A DNA stretch of 64,000 nt from Cyanobacteriota bacterium (GTDB lineage: Bacteria; Cyanobacteriota; Cyanobacteriia; Cyanobacteriales; Nostocaceae), in the NCBI GenBank assembly GCA_046045965.1, contig JBJOKS010000017.1, positions 32,001-96,000 of the forward strand, read 5' to 3'. Both the position numbers and the translations under genes were made by a program. Shown here piece after piece: positions 51,488 to 63,818 of this stretch. The notes beneath the pieces are model-generated. The model ran no database searches. It had not been told where the DNA came from and worked only from the letters and a program-made list of their open reading frames with translations. Position 1 is the stretch's first letter; every line of letters begins with the position of its first letter.

Positions 51488-52077
51488 TGCAATTAGTGTC
51501 TGTAAAAACTAAATTCAGTGAATTGAATATTTTAACTTTTACATTACTTTGGAGTTTCACTACTTTAGGTAGTTTTGTTCTAAGTTTATTTTTGATTGAA
51601 ATTGGTGAAAAGCCTGAAGTTGGAGTCCTAGAAGCTGTTATTGGTGGATTTGCGATCGCACTTCCTCAATCTTATCTCCTCAGACAAACTATTTTACCTT
51701 TAAGCTGGATCATCTCCACAATGTTAGGTTGGGTACTAATCACAGTTATGGGTGTAGGTGCTGTGGGTTGGTTTGTATTATCAACAGAGTTTTTATATTA
51801 TCGCATCTTCTTTGGAATTATTTCTGGCGGTATTGGTGGTTTAGTGATTGGACTGGCACAATGGTGGTTAGCAGTCCCCTCATCAGTCTCCTGGGGATGG
51901 TGTTGGATGTTCCTCAGTTGTGCAAATTGGGCGATCGCTCTCAGTATTGGTTCGTTTATAGGTATATTTCTGCGCCGTTTTACACAGTTATTTTTAGGGG
52001 AAGTTGTCGGTTTAGCAATTACTTGGCTGATAGTAGGTATCTTTACAGGTATTAGTGCTTACAGATTGTTGCGGTGA
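51484..52077 (+). CDS. Hypothetical multi-pass membrane protein
   Basis: About six hydrophobic Gly-rich helices with Q-W repeats. Confidence 0.7.
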   Translation: MMQLVSVKTKFSELNILTFTLLWSFTTLGSFVLSLFLIEIGEKPEVGVLEAVIGGFAIALPQSYLLRQTILPLSWIISTMLGWVLITVMGVGAVGWFVLSTEFLYYRIFFGIISGGIGGLVIGLAQWWLAVPSSVSWGWCWMFLSCANWAIALSIGSFIGIFLRRFTQLFLGEVVGLAITWLIVGIFTGISAYRLLR

Positions 52078-52390
52078 TTGGTGATTAGTGATTGGGGAGG
52101 TTAATAAACCAATGACTAATGACTAGAAATATTAAGAATTGTAATAAATATGAAAATTATTTTAGTTTTTAATTCAGTATATGCCAGAATCTTAAAACAT
52201 TATTGACAATAAGTTCAGTATAGTTATAAAAAAGTGATATGTATGTTTGCCTGCAACTAGCAGCGCAGGTTGAATATATCCCTATTACCTTACCGAGATT
52301 TCGGTTAAGAAGTAGAGAAAAATATAAATATCCATAAGTAAAATCTGAATAATACTTAGCTTTAGACGCTAAGGAGGATTTGTCAGCAGA

Positions 52391-53824
52391 ATGAAAATAA
52401 ATACAGTTCAATCCGTTTCAGAGTTGACTAAATCAGCCTTTTTACAGATTTCATTCGATACAGAACTAGATGAAAAAAGTAGTAGTGAGCAATTTTTACT
52501 AAGTATTGCTGCCCAGCAAGCCGAACTACTAAAACAGGTAAAATATCTACAAGAGCAGCTAGAATTACAAAAGCAACAGCATACATCACAGTTACAGCAA
52601 GTGCAGAATTTTCATGCACTGATACGACGAATTACTGAACAAATCCGCGATAGTATTGATATTAACCAAGTGCTGCAAACAGCGGTTCAAGAATTAGCGC
52701 GATTATTGCAACTAGAACGATGTCAAATAGAACTTTATAATACCAGCCAAACTACAGCTACAATTATTTGTGAGTATAATTCTACTTCTAGTGATGTTCA
52801 GGAATTAACCAAAAAAATTGCAGATTTTCCAGAAGTTTATCACCCACTATTGCAAAAACAACCATTGCAAAATTTAGAAATTCTTCCTGGATGGAATTCA
52901 CAAATACAAGTAGTTTCCCAACTTGCTTTTCCCATTTTCGATGCTCAAGGTATTTTAGGCAATATTTGGTTAATTAAACCGACAGAGGAAAAGTTTAATG
53001 AATTAGAGATATCCTTGGTGCAAGAGGTAGGTAATGAATGTGCGATCGCTATTCGTCAATCTCAACTCCAGGAAAAAACCAAAGCACAGGTAAAAGAACT
53101 AGAAAAACGGGAACGTCACAAAAACGAATTCCTGAAAACCCTTTCTCAAGAACTCCGCACACCCGTTACCAGCATTAGTCTTGCGGCTCAAACTTTGGAA
53201 AGTTTACTTACTGCCAATGGTATTATTGATATAGACTTAGTACCGCAACTTCTACAGATTTTACATAACGAATGTGGAAGAGAAAGTAAATTAATTAACG
53301 ATTTACTCACCCTTACCTATCTCAAAATTGAACCCGAACCACCGACATTAATTGCTATTGACTTAAAAACTTGGCTAACTCCCATAGTCGAGTCTTTTCG
53401 GGATGTTACCCATTGTCAGCAACAAAACTTAAATTTACATATTGACAGAAAAATTCCGCCTTTAGAAACTGATATTACCGATTTTGAACGCATTATCAGC
53501 GAACTGATCAACCATGCTTGTCAATGCACCCCCGCAGGTAAATCAATCACCGTTTCTGCTAAATTGGGTGCAGAAGTAATAGAATTAAACATCAGCTATT
53601 CTGGTGTAGAAATTCCCATTCATGAACTAGCACAAGTTTTTCAGCCATTTTACCGCTTTGCTAAAAATGCTCCTTGGAAAACCAGCGATTCTGGATTAGA
53701 ATTAGCTTTGGTGAAAGCAATGGTGAACCGTTTGCACGGGACAATTGATGTTACAAGTGTAGATCAGCAAATCACTTTCACTGTTAAACTTCCCCTTGAT
53801 CCAGTTTTTTCACTGCACCACTAG
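52391..53824 (+). CDS. GAF-domain histidine-kinase-like protein with degenerate catalytic motifs
   Basis: GAF (IRDSID...TAVQEL), H-box LSQELRTP (His to Gln), degenerate N and G boxes. Confidence 0.8.
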   Translation: MKINTVQSVSELTKSAFLQISFDTELDEKSSSEQFLLSIAAQQAELLKQVKYLQEQLELQKQQHTSQLQQVQNFHALIRRITEQIRDSIDINQVLQTAVQELARLLQLERCQIELYNTSQTTATIICEYNSTSSDVQELTKKIADFPEVYHPLLQKQPLQNLEILPGWNSQIQVVSQLAFPIFDAQGILGNIWLIKPTEEKFNELEISLVQEVGNECAIAIRQSQLQEKTKAQVKELEKRERHKNEFLKTLSQELRTPVTSISLAAQTLESLLTANGIIDIDLVPQLLQILHNECGRESKLINDLLTLTYLKIEPEPPTLIAIDLKTWLTPIVESFRDVTHCQQQNLNLHIDRKIPPLETDITDFERIISELINHACQCTPAGKSITVSAKLGAEVIELNISYSGVEIPIHELAQVFQPFYRFAKNAPWKTSDSGLELALVKAMVNRLHGTIDVTSVDQQITFTVKLPLDPVFSLHH

Positions 53825-53863
53825 CGCCAGCGTCAAAAGTTTGCTATTATAGTTTTTATTGAC

Positions 53864-53935
53864 GGGTGATTAGCTCAACGGCAGAGCATCGGACTCTTAA
53901 TCCGCTGGTTCTGAGTTCGAATCTCAGATCACCCA
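53864..53935 (+). tRNA. trnK: tRNA-Lys(CTT)
   Basis: GGGTGAT/ATCACCC acceptor stem, anticodon loop CT-CTT-AA, T-loop GTTCGAATC; CCA not encoded. Confidence 0.93.
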
Positions 53936-54009
53936 CTAACCCTTATTAAATCATTGAGAATATTGTATCATACTGGGTGCGTTATGGGATTGTTAACGCA
54001 CCTTAATTA

Positions 54010-57000
54010 TTATTCTAAGTGAAAACCATAGATTTTTTTACCATCTTCAAATCTATATTCACGATTGTACATATCATCAGGGTCATAACCCACATCACCC
54101 ACAAAACAGAATGATACAGCTAAATTTAATGTTCTTTTTTCAAACACAAATTTATCTTTTGGTAGCATTTTATTAAAATCACTCTTAAACTTTTTCCACT
54201 CCCTTTGGTTATGTCTATCCATAAATACATCTAAATTTTGTAAATGGTGTATCCATTTATTTTTTTCAAGTTCTACTGTAACTTTTCCTTCTTCCTCAAA
54301 CTCAAAATAAATCTCTTCCAATAATTTCCGCATTTCTCTGGGATATCTACCAGCTAACGCTAAAAATGCAATTAAAGATTGCTTGCATTCTGGTGATGGT
54401 TCAACTTTCCAAGTTGTATCATTTTTTTTATCGTTTTCTGTTGGAGTCCAGATAATTTTAATAATTTTGCAAATATTAATTAATCGCTTTGCAGTTCTCG
54501 GAGTTAAATCAACGTGCTGACAACATTCCGATATCCATTGAAATTCTTCAGCAGTAAATTTCTGAACAGTAACTAATGGATTTGTATTTGATTCATATTT
54601 TGCTTTCTCAACCTTTTTCATATCTTGATCTTTTTTAATAGCAGCAGACTTATCAATCTGATTTTCTTTCCTTTCATGAGGTGCTGTTTCCACCTTAACC
54701 TGATTTAGTTTTTCTAAAGTTTCGGTAATTTTTGGAGTTTCGGTAATTTCTAAAGTTTCGGTAATTTTTGGAGTTTCTGCAATTTTTGGAGTTTCTATTT
54801 TAGCTTTCTCTTCAATATCTAGTAAAGATTGCAAATAACTTTCCGTCACCTCTTTACTAATAGGTCGCATCCTGTAGGGAAGTTGAATAATTTTCTCGAT
54901 ATAATCAACACCAGAGGGAGTACCACCACGCTTTAAAACTCCTCGATAATTGTGTTCTAAAGCACGACCAATATAACGATCATCTATTGCTAAAACAACA
55001 ATAAAAATTTCCGTGTTTAACAATAGTTGTACAGCTTCTAAAACTTGTACAACCTTATCAGGAGGACAACGATCTAAATCATCTATATATAAAACTATTC
55101 TCGCAGGTCCTCTGGGGAAAAGTGGTTTTAAAATCTTGCGTTTTTCAGGATTTGTATGTCCTGGAATATAGGTTAAATGATCAGATAAATCTTGCAAATC
55201 ATCTTGGATTTGGTGCATTATCCCTAAAAGTTTTTGATAGGAATTTTCATCTAATCGCTTATTGACAAAATCCAACAAAGATGTATATTGAGCAGTTAAA
55301 CCAATACGCTCTTTTTGTCTTTCGACTTGTAATTTGAGTTTTTCTATTTCCTGTTGTTTATCAACAAGTTGTTTTTCAGCTTCTTCTCTCTTAGAATAGA
55401 TTTCCTTGACTTGATTTTGCTTGTATTCTTCCTTACGTTGTTCAATTTCTTCCTTGATTTTTTCTTCCTTAGTTTTAGCTAAATTTTGTTTTTCTATCTC
55501 GACATTTTCCCTAGCAGCTTGCAAAAATCTTGCTGTTTTGACTTGCAGAACTTTAACTTTTTTAAATATTTCCACACCAACTGATATTGCTGGAATTGCA
55601 GATACACTTGTTAACCAAATTTGTAAAGATGCAGATATTTCCTTGAGAATAGGTAAAACCTTGGGGATGATATCAATTATGAGAAAATAAGTGATAAATG
55701 GTAAAGCTGTTGCACCTAAAAATAGGAATAGTGTTTTCCTGTCTCTTTTAGTAAATTCTATGATACTAACTATTTTAGTTGGTTGTTCTTGAAGAAAATG
55801 AGTAAATTTGTCAGCATTATTAACAATATTTTGAATTTTCTCATCTTTGTTTCTGACTAAATCTTCTGCTACATCTATGAGATTAGAATTAGCCAATTTA
55901 TCTAATTGGAACATAGGAAATTGCTTTTCTAAATCTTGCCTACTCTGAAAATTACATAAATGGAGAAAATCCTTTAAAATTGAATCTCCCAAATCATCTT
56001 TTAAAGTTTCTTTCAGTTGAGACAGAAAAACAATTAATATAGATACATCTGTCATTTCTTGCTCAACATTTGATGTAATCCTATTAACTTCTTGAGTAAT
56101 AAACTCTTGTTCAAGTTGCTCTAATTTCTGATTATATTCATCTTCAATTTCTTGATTTATTTCTCTAACTTCTGCTTGTAAATCTTGTAATTTATCTTCA
56201 GTTATTTTGAGTTGTTCCTGCTCATCTTGTCTCACTTGACGCAAAATTTCCCAAAGTTTATTCCTATCAAGAATTTGAGATTTTAACTGTGCAAATACTT
56301 CCTCACTTAATTCTGACTCTAATATGGCTTTTCTATCACTATCATTCATCTGATTGAGAACACGCCAAATCTCACCACCTGTTAGAGGATCAACTTCCCC
56401 AACCTTGATTAACTGCTGTTCTAAAGTTAATTGACGGTCAAGTTGATCAAAAATAGTCTGCATTAAACTTGCCCACAAATCAGACTTAGCATAACTCCAA
56501 GCATTAAATTTAATTTGATAAACATGACCAACATAAGGAGAAAGATTCGGATCATCTTGATCATCACTCCATGTTTGTTTTTCTGTCAGTTTTTGACAGC
56601 GAATTTTCGTAATTTGCTTTTCTATCAAGTGCATTCCAAAAGATTTTCCACTACCCCAACTGCCTAAAATTGCCACTGCTAAAGGAGGTTTCAAACTCCG
56701 TAACATCAACACATCAGCTAAAGCTTGCAGTTCCTTAGCCACATCTAAAGCATCTTCACCGCTTGCTTGGTCATTGCTAAAAGCTTGGGGAACAGAACGC
56801 AGATTAAACCTTTGCCAACGCCAGACTTTAATACCATCCTCACCAGCACTGATGATGTAATCTCCTTGGGGGTCAAAAGCAACGGAATGAACCTCCCCTT
56901 GATGTTCTCCGATGATGATTTGCCGTTTATGTTGGGGGTCGGAAATATCCCATAATCGCACGGTTTTATCTGCACTACCGCTAATAATGCTACTTCCGTC

Positions 57001-58698
57001 AGGACTAAAGGCTACTGAGTTGACCAAATATTTATGACCCAAAAAAGGCTGACCTATTGCTGTTCCAGTTTCGACATCCCATAACCGCACTGTATTATCC
57101 AGACTGCCACTGACAATGGTATTCCCGTCGGCACTAAAAGCTACTGAGATCACTGAATCTGTATGACCAAAGAAAGGTTGACCAATGGGTGTTCCAGTCT
57201 TCACATCCCACAACCGCACCGTTTTGTCCCAACTACCACTGACAACGGTATTCCCTTCAGGACTAAAGGCTACTGAGGTGACAGAATTGGTATGACCCGA
57301 AAATGGTTGACCTATAGCTTCTCCTGTCTTGACATCCCACAACCGCACTGTGATGTCTTCGCTACCACTAACAACGGTACTGCCGTCAGGACTAAAAGCT
57401 ACTGAGGTGACGGTATCTATATGACCAGAGAATGGTTGATCTATGGTTTTTCTCTTCTTGACATCCCATAACCGCATTGTGGTGTCACTACTGCCACTGA
57501 CAACGGTCTTACCATCAGGACTAAAGGCTACTGATTTAACAATATCTCTATGACGATCTGTATGACTAGAGAAAGATTGACCTAAAGCTTTTCCAGTCTT
57601 GATATCCCACAATAGGACTCTATTATCTTCACCGCCACTAACGACGGTACTGCCGTCAGGACTAAAAGCTACTGAGTTGACGGTATCTATATGACCAGAA
57701 AAAACCTGATTTATAGGGGTTGCAGTTTCCACATCCCACAACCGCACTGTCCTGTCTTCACTGCCACTCACAACCATACTGCCAGCACTAAAGGCTACTG
57801 AGGTGACGGAACTTATATGACCAGAGAATGGTTGACCTATCGCCTCTCCAGTCTTGACATCCCACAACAGCACTGTGCTGTCTTCACTACCACTAACAAC
57901 GATACTGCCGTTAGCACTAAAGGCTACTGAGGTGACAGAATTGGTATGACCAGAGAATGGTTGACCTATGGCTTCTCCAGTTTCAATATCCCACAGCCTC
58001 ACTGTATTGTCCCAACTGCCACTAACAATGGTCTTACCGTCGGGACTAAAGGCTACTGATAAGATGGGTTTTGTATGACCAGAAAAAGTTTGAGCGATCG
58101 CCTCTTCTGTGTTTAAATCCCATAACCACACTGTGTTGTCCCAACTACCACTGACAATGGTATTCCCATCGGGACTAAAAGCTACTGAGGTGACAGGTTG
58201 TGCATGACTATATAGTTGACCGATCGCTTTTCCAGTGTTAACATCCCACAACCGCACTGTCTTGTCTTTACTGCCACTAACAACAGTATTCCCATCGGGA
58301 TTAAAGGCTACTGAGTTCACTGAACCTGTATGACCAGTGATAGGTTGAGCGATCGCTTCTCCTGTCTTGGCATCCCACAACCGTACCGTGTTGTCAAGAC
58401 TGCCACTCACAACCATACTGCCATCGGGACTAAAGGCTACTGAGTTCACAGAACTTGTATGACCCAGGCAACTTGCCCACTTTGTCCCAGTTAACACATC
58501 CCAAATCTCAACTGTACCATTTCCCAAACCCACAGCAATGCGTGTCCGTCCCTGCGGTGATATGGCTACTGCATTTACTTTACTCTCAAACTGGGCAAAG
58601 GGTTTTTCTGTTTCTTGGTCTGCTTCTAGGTCAGTTTCAATTTCTGGGATGCTAAATTGTTGGCTGCTGATTTCTTGTTGACCTTGGGGTGCTTCCAT
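54010..58698 (-). CDS. WD40 (14 repeats)-KAP family P-loop NTPase with coiled coils and inserted TM pair
   Basis: GH..V.SVAFSPDG...SGS.D.TVRLWD repeats; Walker A GSWGSGKS, FNAW.Y, Walker B LYIDDLDRC, YIEKIIQLPY, TPR.AKRL.N are KAP hallmarks. Confidence 0.9.
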   Translation of the reverse strand: MEAPQGQQEISSQQFSIPEIETDLEADQETEKPFAQFESKVNAVAISPQGRTRIAVGLGNGTVEIWDVLTGTKWASCLGHTSSVNSVAFSPDGSMVVSGSLDNTVRLWDAKTGEAIAQPITGHTGSVNSVAFNPDGNTVVSGSKDKTVRLWDVNTGKAIGQLYSHAQPVTSVAFSPDGNTIVSGSWDNTVWLWDLNTEEAIAQTFSGHTKPILSVAFSPDGKTIVSGSWDNTVRLWDIETGEAIGQPFSGHTNSVTSVAFSANGSIVVSGSEDSTVLLWDVKTGEAIGQPFSGHISSVTSVAFSAGSMVVSGSEDRTVRLWDVETATPINQVFSGHIDTVNSVAFSPDGSTVVSGGEDNRVLLWDIKTGKALGQSFSSHTDRHRDIVKSVAFSPDGKTVVSGSSDTTMRLWDVKKRKTIDQPFSGHIDTVTSVAFSPDGSTVVSGSEDITVRLWDVKTGEAIGQPFSGHTNSVTSVAFSPEGNTVVSGSWDKTVRLWDVKTGTPIGQPFFGHTDSVISVAFSADGNTIVSGSLDNTVRLWDVETGTAIGQPFLGHKYLVNSVAFSPDGSSIISGSADKTVRLWDISDPQHKRQIIIGEHQGEVHSVAFDPQGDYIISAGEDGIKVWRWQRFNLRSVPQAFSNDQASGEDALDVAKELQALADVLMLRSLKPPLAVAILGSWGSGKSFGMHLIEKQITKIRCQKLTEKQTWSDDQDDPNLSPYVGHVYQIKFNAWSYAKSDLWASLMQTIFDQLDRQLTLEQQLIKVGEVDPLTGGEIWRVLNQMNDSDRKAILESELSEEVFAQLKSQILDRNKLWEILRQVRQDEQEQLKITEDKLQDLQAEVREINQEIEDEYNQKLEQLEQEFITQEVNRITSNVEQEMTDVSILIVFLSQLKETLKDDLGDSILKDFLHLCNFQSRQDLEKQFPMFQLDKLANSNLIDVAEDLVRNKDEKIQNIVNNADKFTHFLQEQPTKIVSIIEFTKRDRKTLFLFLGATALPFITYFLIIDIIPKVLPILKEISASLQIWLTSVSAIPAISVGVEIFKKVKVLQVKTARFLQAARENVEIEKQNLAKTKEEKIKEEIEQRKEEYKQNQVKEIYSKREEAEKQLVDKQQEIEKLKLQVERQKERIGLTAQYTSLLDFVNKRLDENSYQKLLGIMHQIQDDLQDLSDHLTYIPGHTNPEKRKILKPLFPRGPARIVLYIDDLDRCPPDKVVQVLEAVQLLLNTEIFIVVLAIDDRYIGRALEHNYRGVLKRGGTPSGVDYIEKIIQLPYRMRPISKEVTESYLQSLLDIEEKAKIETPKIAETPKITETLEITETPKITETLEKLNQVKVETAPHERKENQIDKSAAIKKDQDMKKVEKAKYESNTNPLVTVQKFTAEEFQWISECCQHVDLTPRTAKRLINICKIIKIIWTPTENDKKNDTTWKVEPSPECKQSLIAFLALAGRYPREMRKLLEEIYFEFEEEGKVTVELEKNKWIHHLQNLDVFMDRHNQREWKKFKSDFNKMLPKDKFVFEKRTLNLAVSFCFVGDVGYDPDDMYNREYRFEDGKKIYGFHLE

Positions 58699-58812
58699 GC
58701 CAGTAGTGTTACCAGTTAGTCGTGTGTGGGTGTTACTGGTTTTACTATGTATGTTGCTTGGTTGTAAATACTTTTATATGTTTGTTTACAAATCAGATCA
58801 GGGGATTTGAAA

Positions 58813-58927
58813 GCGACTGGAAGTCACGGCTACACAAACGATACCCGCCTACACGGGTTTGAAATCCTTAATTTGACCTTAGTCCGCGCAGGTGGACTTG
58901 GTTTGTATAGCTGCGATTTATAATCGC
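58813..58927. repeat. Palindromic MITE/REP-like element
   Basis: GCGACTGGAAGTCACGGCTACACAAAC ... GTTTGTATAGCTGCGATTTATAATCGC imperfect inverted arms with internal hairpins. Confidence 0.6.
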
Positions 58928-59358
58928 CAGTTTAATATTACAAAATATTTCATTTTCTCATCTAAAGCTTAATCCATAACCTGCAAAATACAAATATTAC
59001 TGAGGTAAAAAATTAAACTTTTTCTGTGGAAGTCTCAAAAGTCTTGCTGTTACAAGTTTACAGGATTAGCAATCTTATTTTTTTCACTAATTTATAAATG
59101 ACTCGCTTATTGAGAAAACAACTAAAACTCATTTATTGAAAACGCAAACTTCACGTTATCTATGTCAGAGAATTTTTATATTATTCTCAATAACTGGCAG
59201 CAATTGGACAACATGAAAATTAGTACCTAAGTTTAATTTTCTAATTCGGAGGTAATTAAAAATAATCAAATTTACTATAGAAACAAGCAATTAGTTGAGC
59301 AATAAAAAATAAGTCCTCAACTAACGTGATTACACAGGTGAATTTTGGAGAAAAACAG

Positions 59359-59595
59359 ATGTTAAACACCAAAAAAGAATTATTAGCTGATCTCACTTCT
59401 GAAACTGCGGCTAATATTAACGGTGGTCAAGGTGAACAAGGTCAAGGCCAACAAGGTGGTAAAGAGGATAAAAGTAAGTTTAATTACAGCAGATATCTGA
59501 AAGCCTTGGGAATTGCTTATTTGAGTCCCCCCGAAGCTGGTAAAATCACAGATCAGGAAGCATTGTTAGCCCAATACCAAGGCTGGGAAGATTAG
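59359..59595 (+). CDS. Small peptide with double-glycine-type leader (putative bacteriocin/RiPP-like precursor)
   Basis: GGAG RBS, then MLNTKKELLADLTSETAANINGG (ELxxEExxxIxGG-like) and a 55-aa core. Confidence 0.6.
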   Translation: MLNTKKELLADLTSETAANINGGQGEQGQGQQGGKEDKSKFNYSRYLKALGIAYLSPPEAGKITDQEALLAQYQGWED

Positions 59596-59764
59596 CAAAA
59601 CTCATTTATTTATAAGCTTCTCCCATTAAGATTCAACTACTAAGAATAAATCCCGCTTTTAATCCAATTCATTTAATAAGCAACTCAACCACAAAAAAAT
59701 ATCCCCCATTATCCCCTTTTGACTCTATTTCCCCCCTTTCTAAGGGGGGTTAGGGGGGATCTCT

Positions 59765-60844
59765 CTACTTAAAACAGCAAGTAATAGCTAACTCTGCATG
59801 ATTAACTAAAACCTCTTTTTCCAATTGATAAACTGGATATTGAGGAGTGATATTCAATAATTTCTCAATTCTCTCTTTAGCTGTTTCTACTATCTCTTCA
59901 TTTAAACTACCATTACTCAAACAGTTAACAAAATCTTCGGCTATTTTATAGGTTCTTTCCAAAGATGAAGAATTGATATTTCGTGATACTATAAATAAAT
60001 CACAACCTGCATTAAAAGACCGCGCTACTGTTCCCGAATACATAAACATCTCTGAAACAGCTTTCATATCTAAATCATCAGAAATAATCACACCCTGAAA
60101 ATTTAATTCTTGGCGAAGAATTTGATTTAAAATGGTTTTGGATAATGTTGCAGGAACTTCTGGATCAATTTGCGGGAACAAAATATGCGCTGTCATAATT
60201 AGCGGTATTTTTTCCTGAATTAATGTTTGAAAAGGTATCAACTCCCGTTTTCGCAAGTCTTCTAAACTGAGATTTAATATTGGTAACTCCAGATGAGAAT
60301 CTGTGCTAGTGTCTCCATGTCCAGGAAAATGTTTAGCACAACCGAGAATTCCCCCATCTTTGAGTCCTTGGTAATATTCCCGCGCACCTTTACTAGCAGT
60401 TTCAGGAGTTGTCCCAAAAGCACGGGGTCCAATAATAGGGTTTTGGGGGTTAGAAAAAATATCAGCGACAGGGGAAAAAGAAAGATTGATACCTAATGAT
60501 TTCAATTCTAAAGCCGTAGCTTTTGCTACTTGATATGCTTGCGATTTCACCACATAAGCATAAGGAAAACGAGTAATGGGTAATGGAGTTCTGATAACCC
60601 TTCCACCTTCATGATCAATAGTGGTAAACAGGGAAGTACGTTCAGTATATTCGCGTATTTCTTGCAGTAAATTTTTAAAGCTTTCTAACCAAACCAGATA
60701 AGGTACACCATCCAGAAAGTTTTTAGCGAAAAAAATCACACCCACCGGTTTTAACTCACTCAACGCCCGCTTATCATCATCACTAAGAGTTGTACCAGAA
60801 ATACCGAGAATTAAATGATTACCGAATTTTTGTAAATCTTTCAT
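59765..60844 (-). CDS. nagZ: GH3 beta-N-acetylhexosaminidase
   Basis: IDHEGGRV, AKHFPGHGDTSTDSH, MTAHI, ISDDLDM. Confidence 0.9.
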   Translation of the reverse strand: MKDLQKFGNHLILGISGTTLSDDDKRALSELKPVGVIFFAKNFLDGVPYLVWLESFKNLLQEIREYTERTSLFTTIDHEGGRVIRTPLPITRFPYAYVVKSQAYQVAKATALELKSLGINLSFSPVADIFSNPQNPIIGPRAFGTTPETASKGAREYYQGLKDGGILGCAKHFPGHGDTSTDSHLELPILNLSLEDLRKRELIPFQTLIQEKIPLIMTAHILFPQIDPEVPATLSKTILNQILRQELNFQGVIISDDLDMKAVSEMFMYSGTVARSFNAGCDLFIVSRNINSSSLERTYKIAEDFVNCLSNGSLNEEIVETAKERIEKLLNITPQYPVYQLEKEVLVNHAELAITCCFK

Positions 60845-60845
60845 T

Positions 60846-61027
<182 letters not shown>

Positions 61028-61117
61028 TATTTCTCAAAGCCATGCCAAATGTAACAGAATGCAAAGTATAATGAAAACGACAAAACTATTAAGAAATATT
61101 GAAAACAGTAGGTTTAA

Positions 61118-63473
<2,356 letters not shown>

Positions 63474-63475
63474 AA

Positions 63476-63661
63476 GGAGTCAGGAGTCAGGAGTCAGGAG
63501 TCAGAAGGCAGCTATGCTGGAGGCAGGAGGCAGCTATGCTGGAGGCAGGAGGCAGAAGGCAAATATTTTCCCCATCTCCCCATCTCCCCAGTCACCAGTC
63601 ACCAGTCACCAGTCACCAGTCACCAGTCACCAGTCCCCTGTTCCCTGTTCCCTGTTCCCTG
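63476..63661. repeat. STRR arrays (AGGAGTC, GGAGGCA, CACCAGT, CCCTGTT)
   Basis: Directly visible tandem heptamers and a duplicated GGCAGCTATGCTGGAGGCAGGA. Confidence 0.85.
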
Positions 63662-63680
63662 ATAAATCCCAAAAAAACTA

Positions 63681-63709
63681 TTGACTAACCAAAAATCCTC
63701 TGCTACTAT
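63681..63709 (+). promoter_or_regulatory. Sigma70 promoter of tRNA-Ser
   Basis: TTGACT-17-TACTAT with extended -10 TG. Confidence 0.7.
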
Positions 63710-63726
63710 TATTTAGTATTACCTCT

Positions 63727-63818
63727 GGAGAGGTGGCTGAGTGGTCGAAAGCGGCAGATTGCTAATCTGTTGATGGAATCGTAAGGTCCATCCGAGGGTT
63801 CGAATCCCTCCTTCTCCG
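63727..63818 (+). tRNA. trnS: tRNA-Ser(GCT)
   Basis: GGAGAGG/CTTCTCC acceptor stem, anticodon loop TT-GCT-AA, long variable arm, GTTCGAATC T-loop. Confidence 0.93.

Noticed and set aside
56810..58600. Diversity-generating retroelement template/variable repeats
   Set aside because: No reverse transcriptase in the window; the repeats are tandem coding WD40 units, not an adenine-specific TR/VR pair.
53915..59760. Integrative element with att duplication of the tRNA-Lys 3' end
   Set aside because: No integrase and no convincing direct repeat of the tRNA 3' end found by eye (only a weak AATCAGATCA at ~58791).
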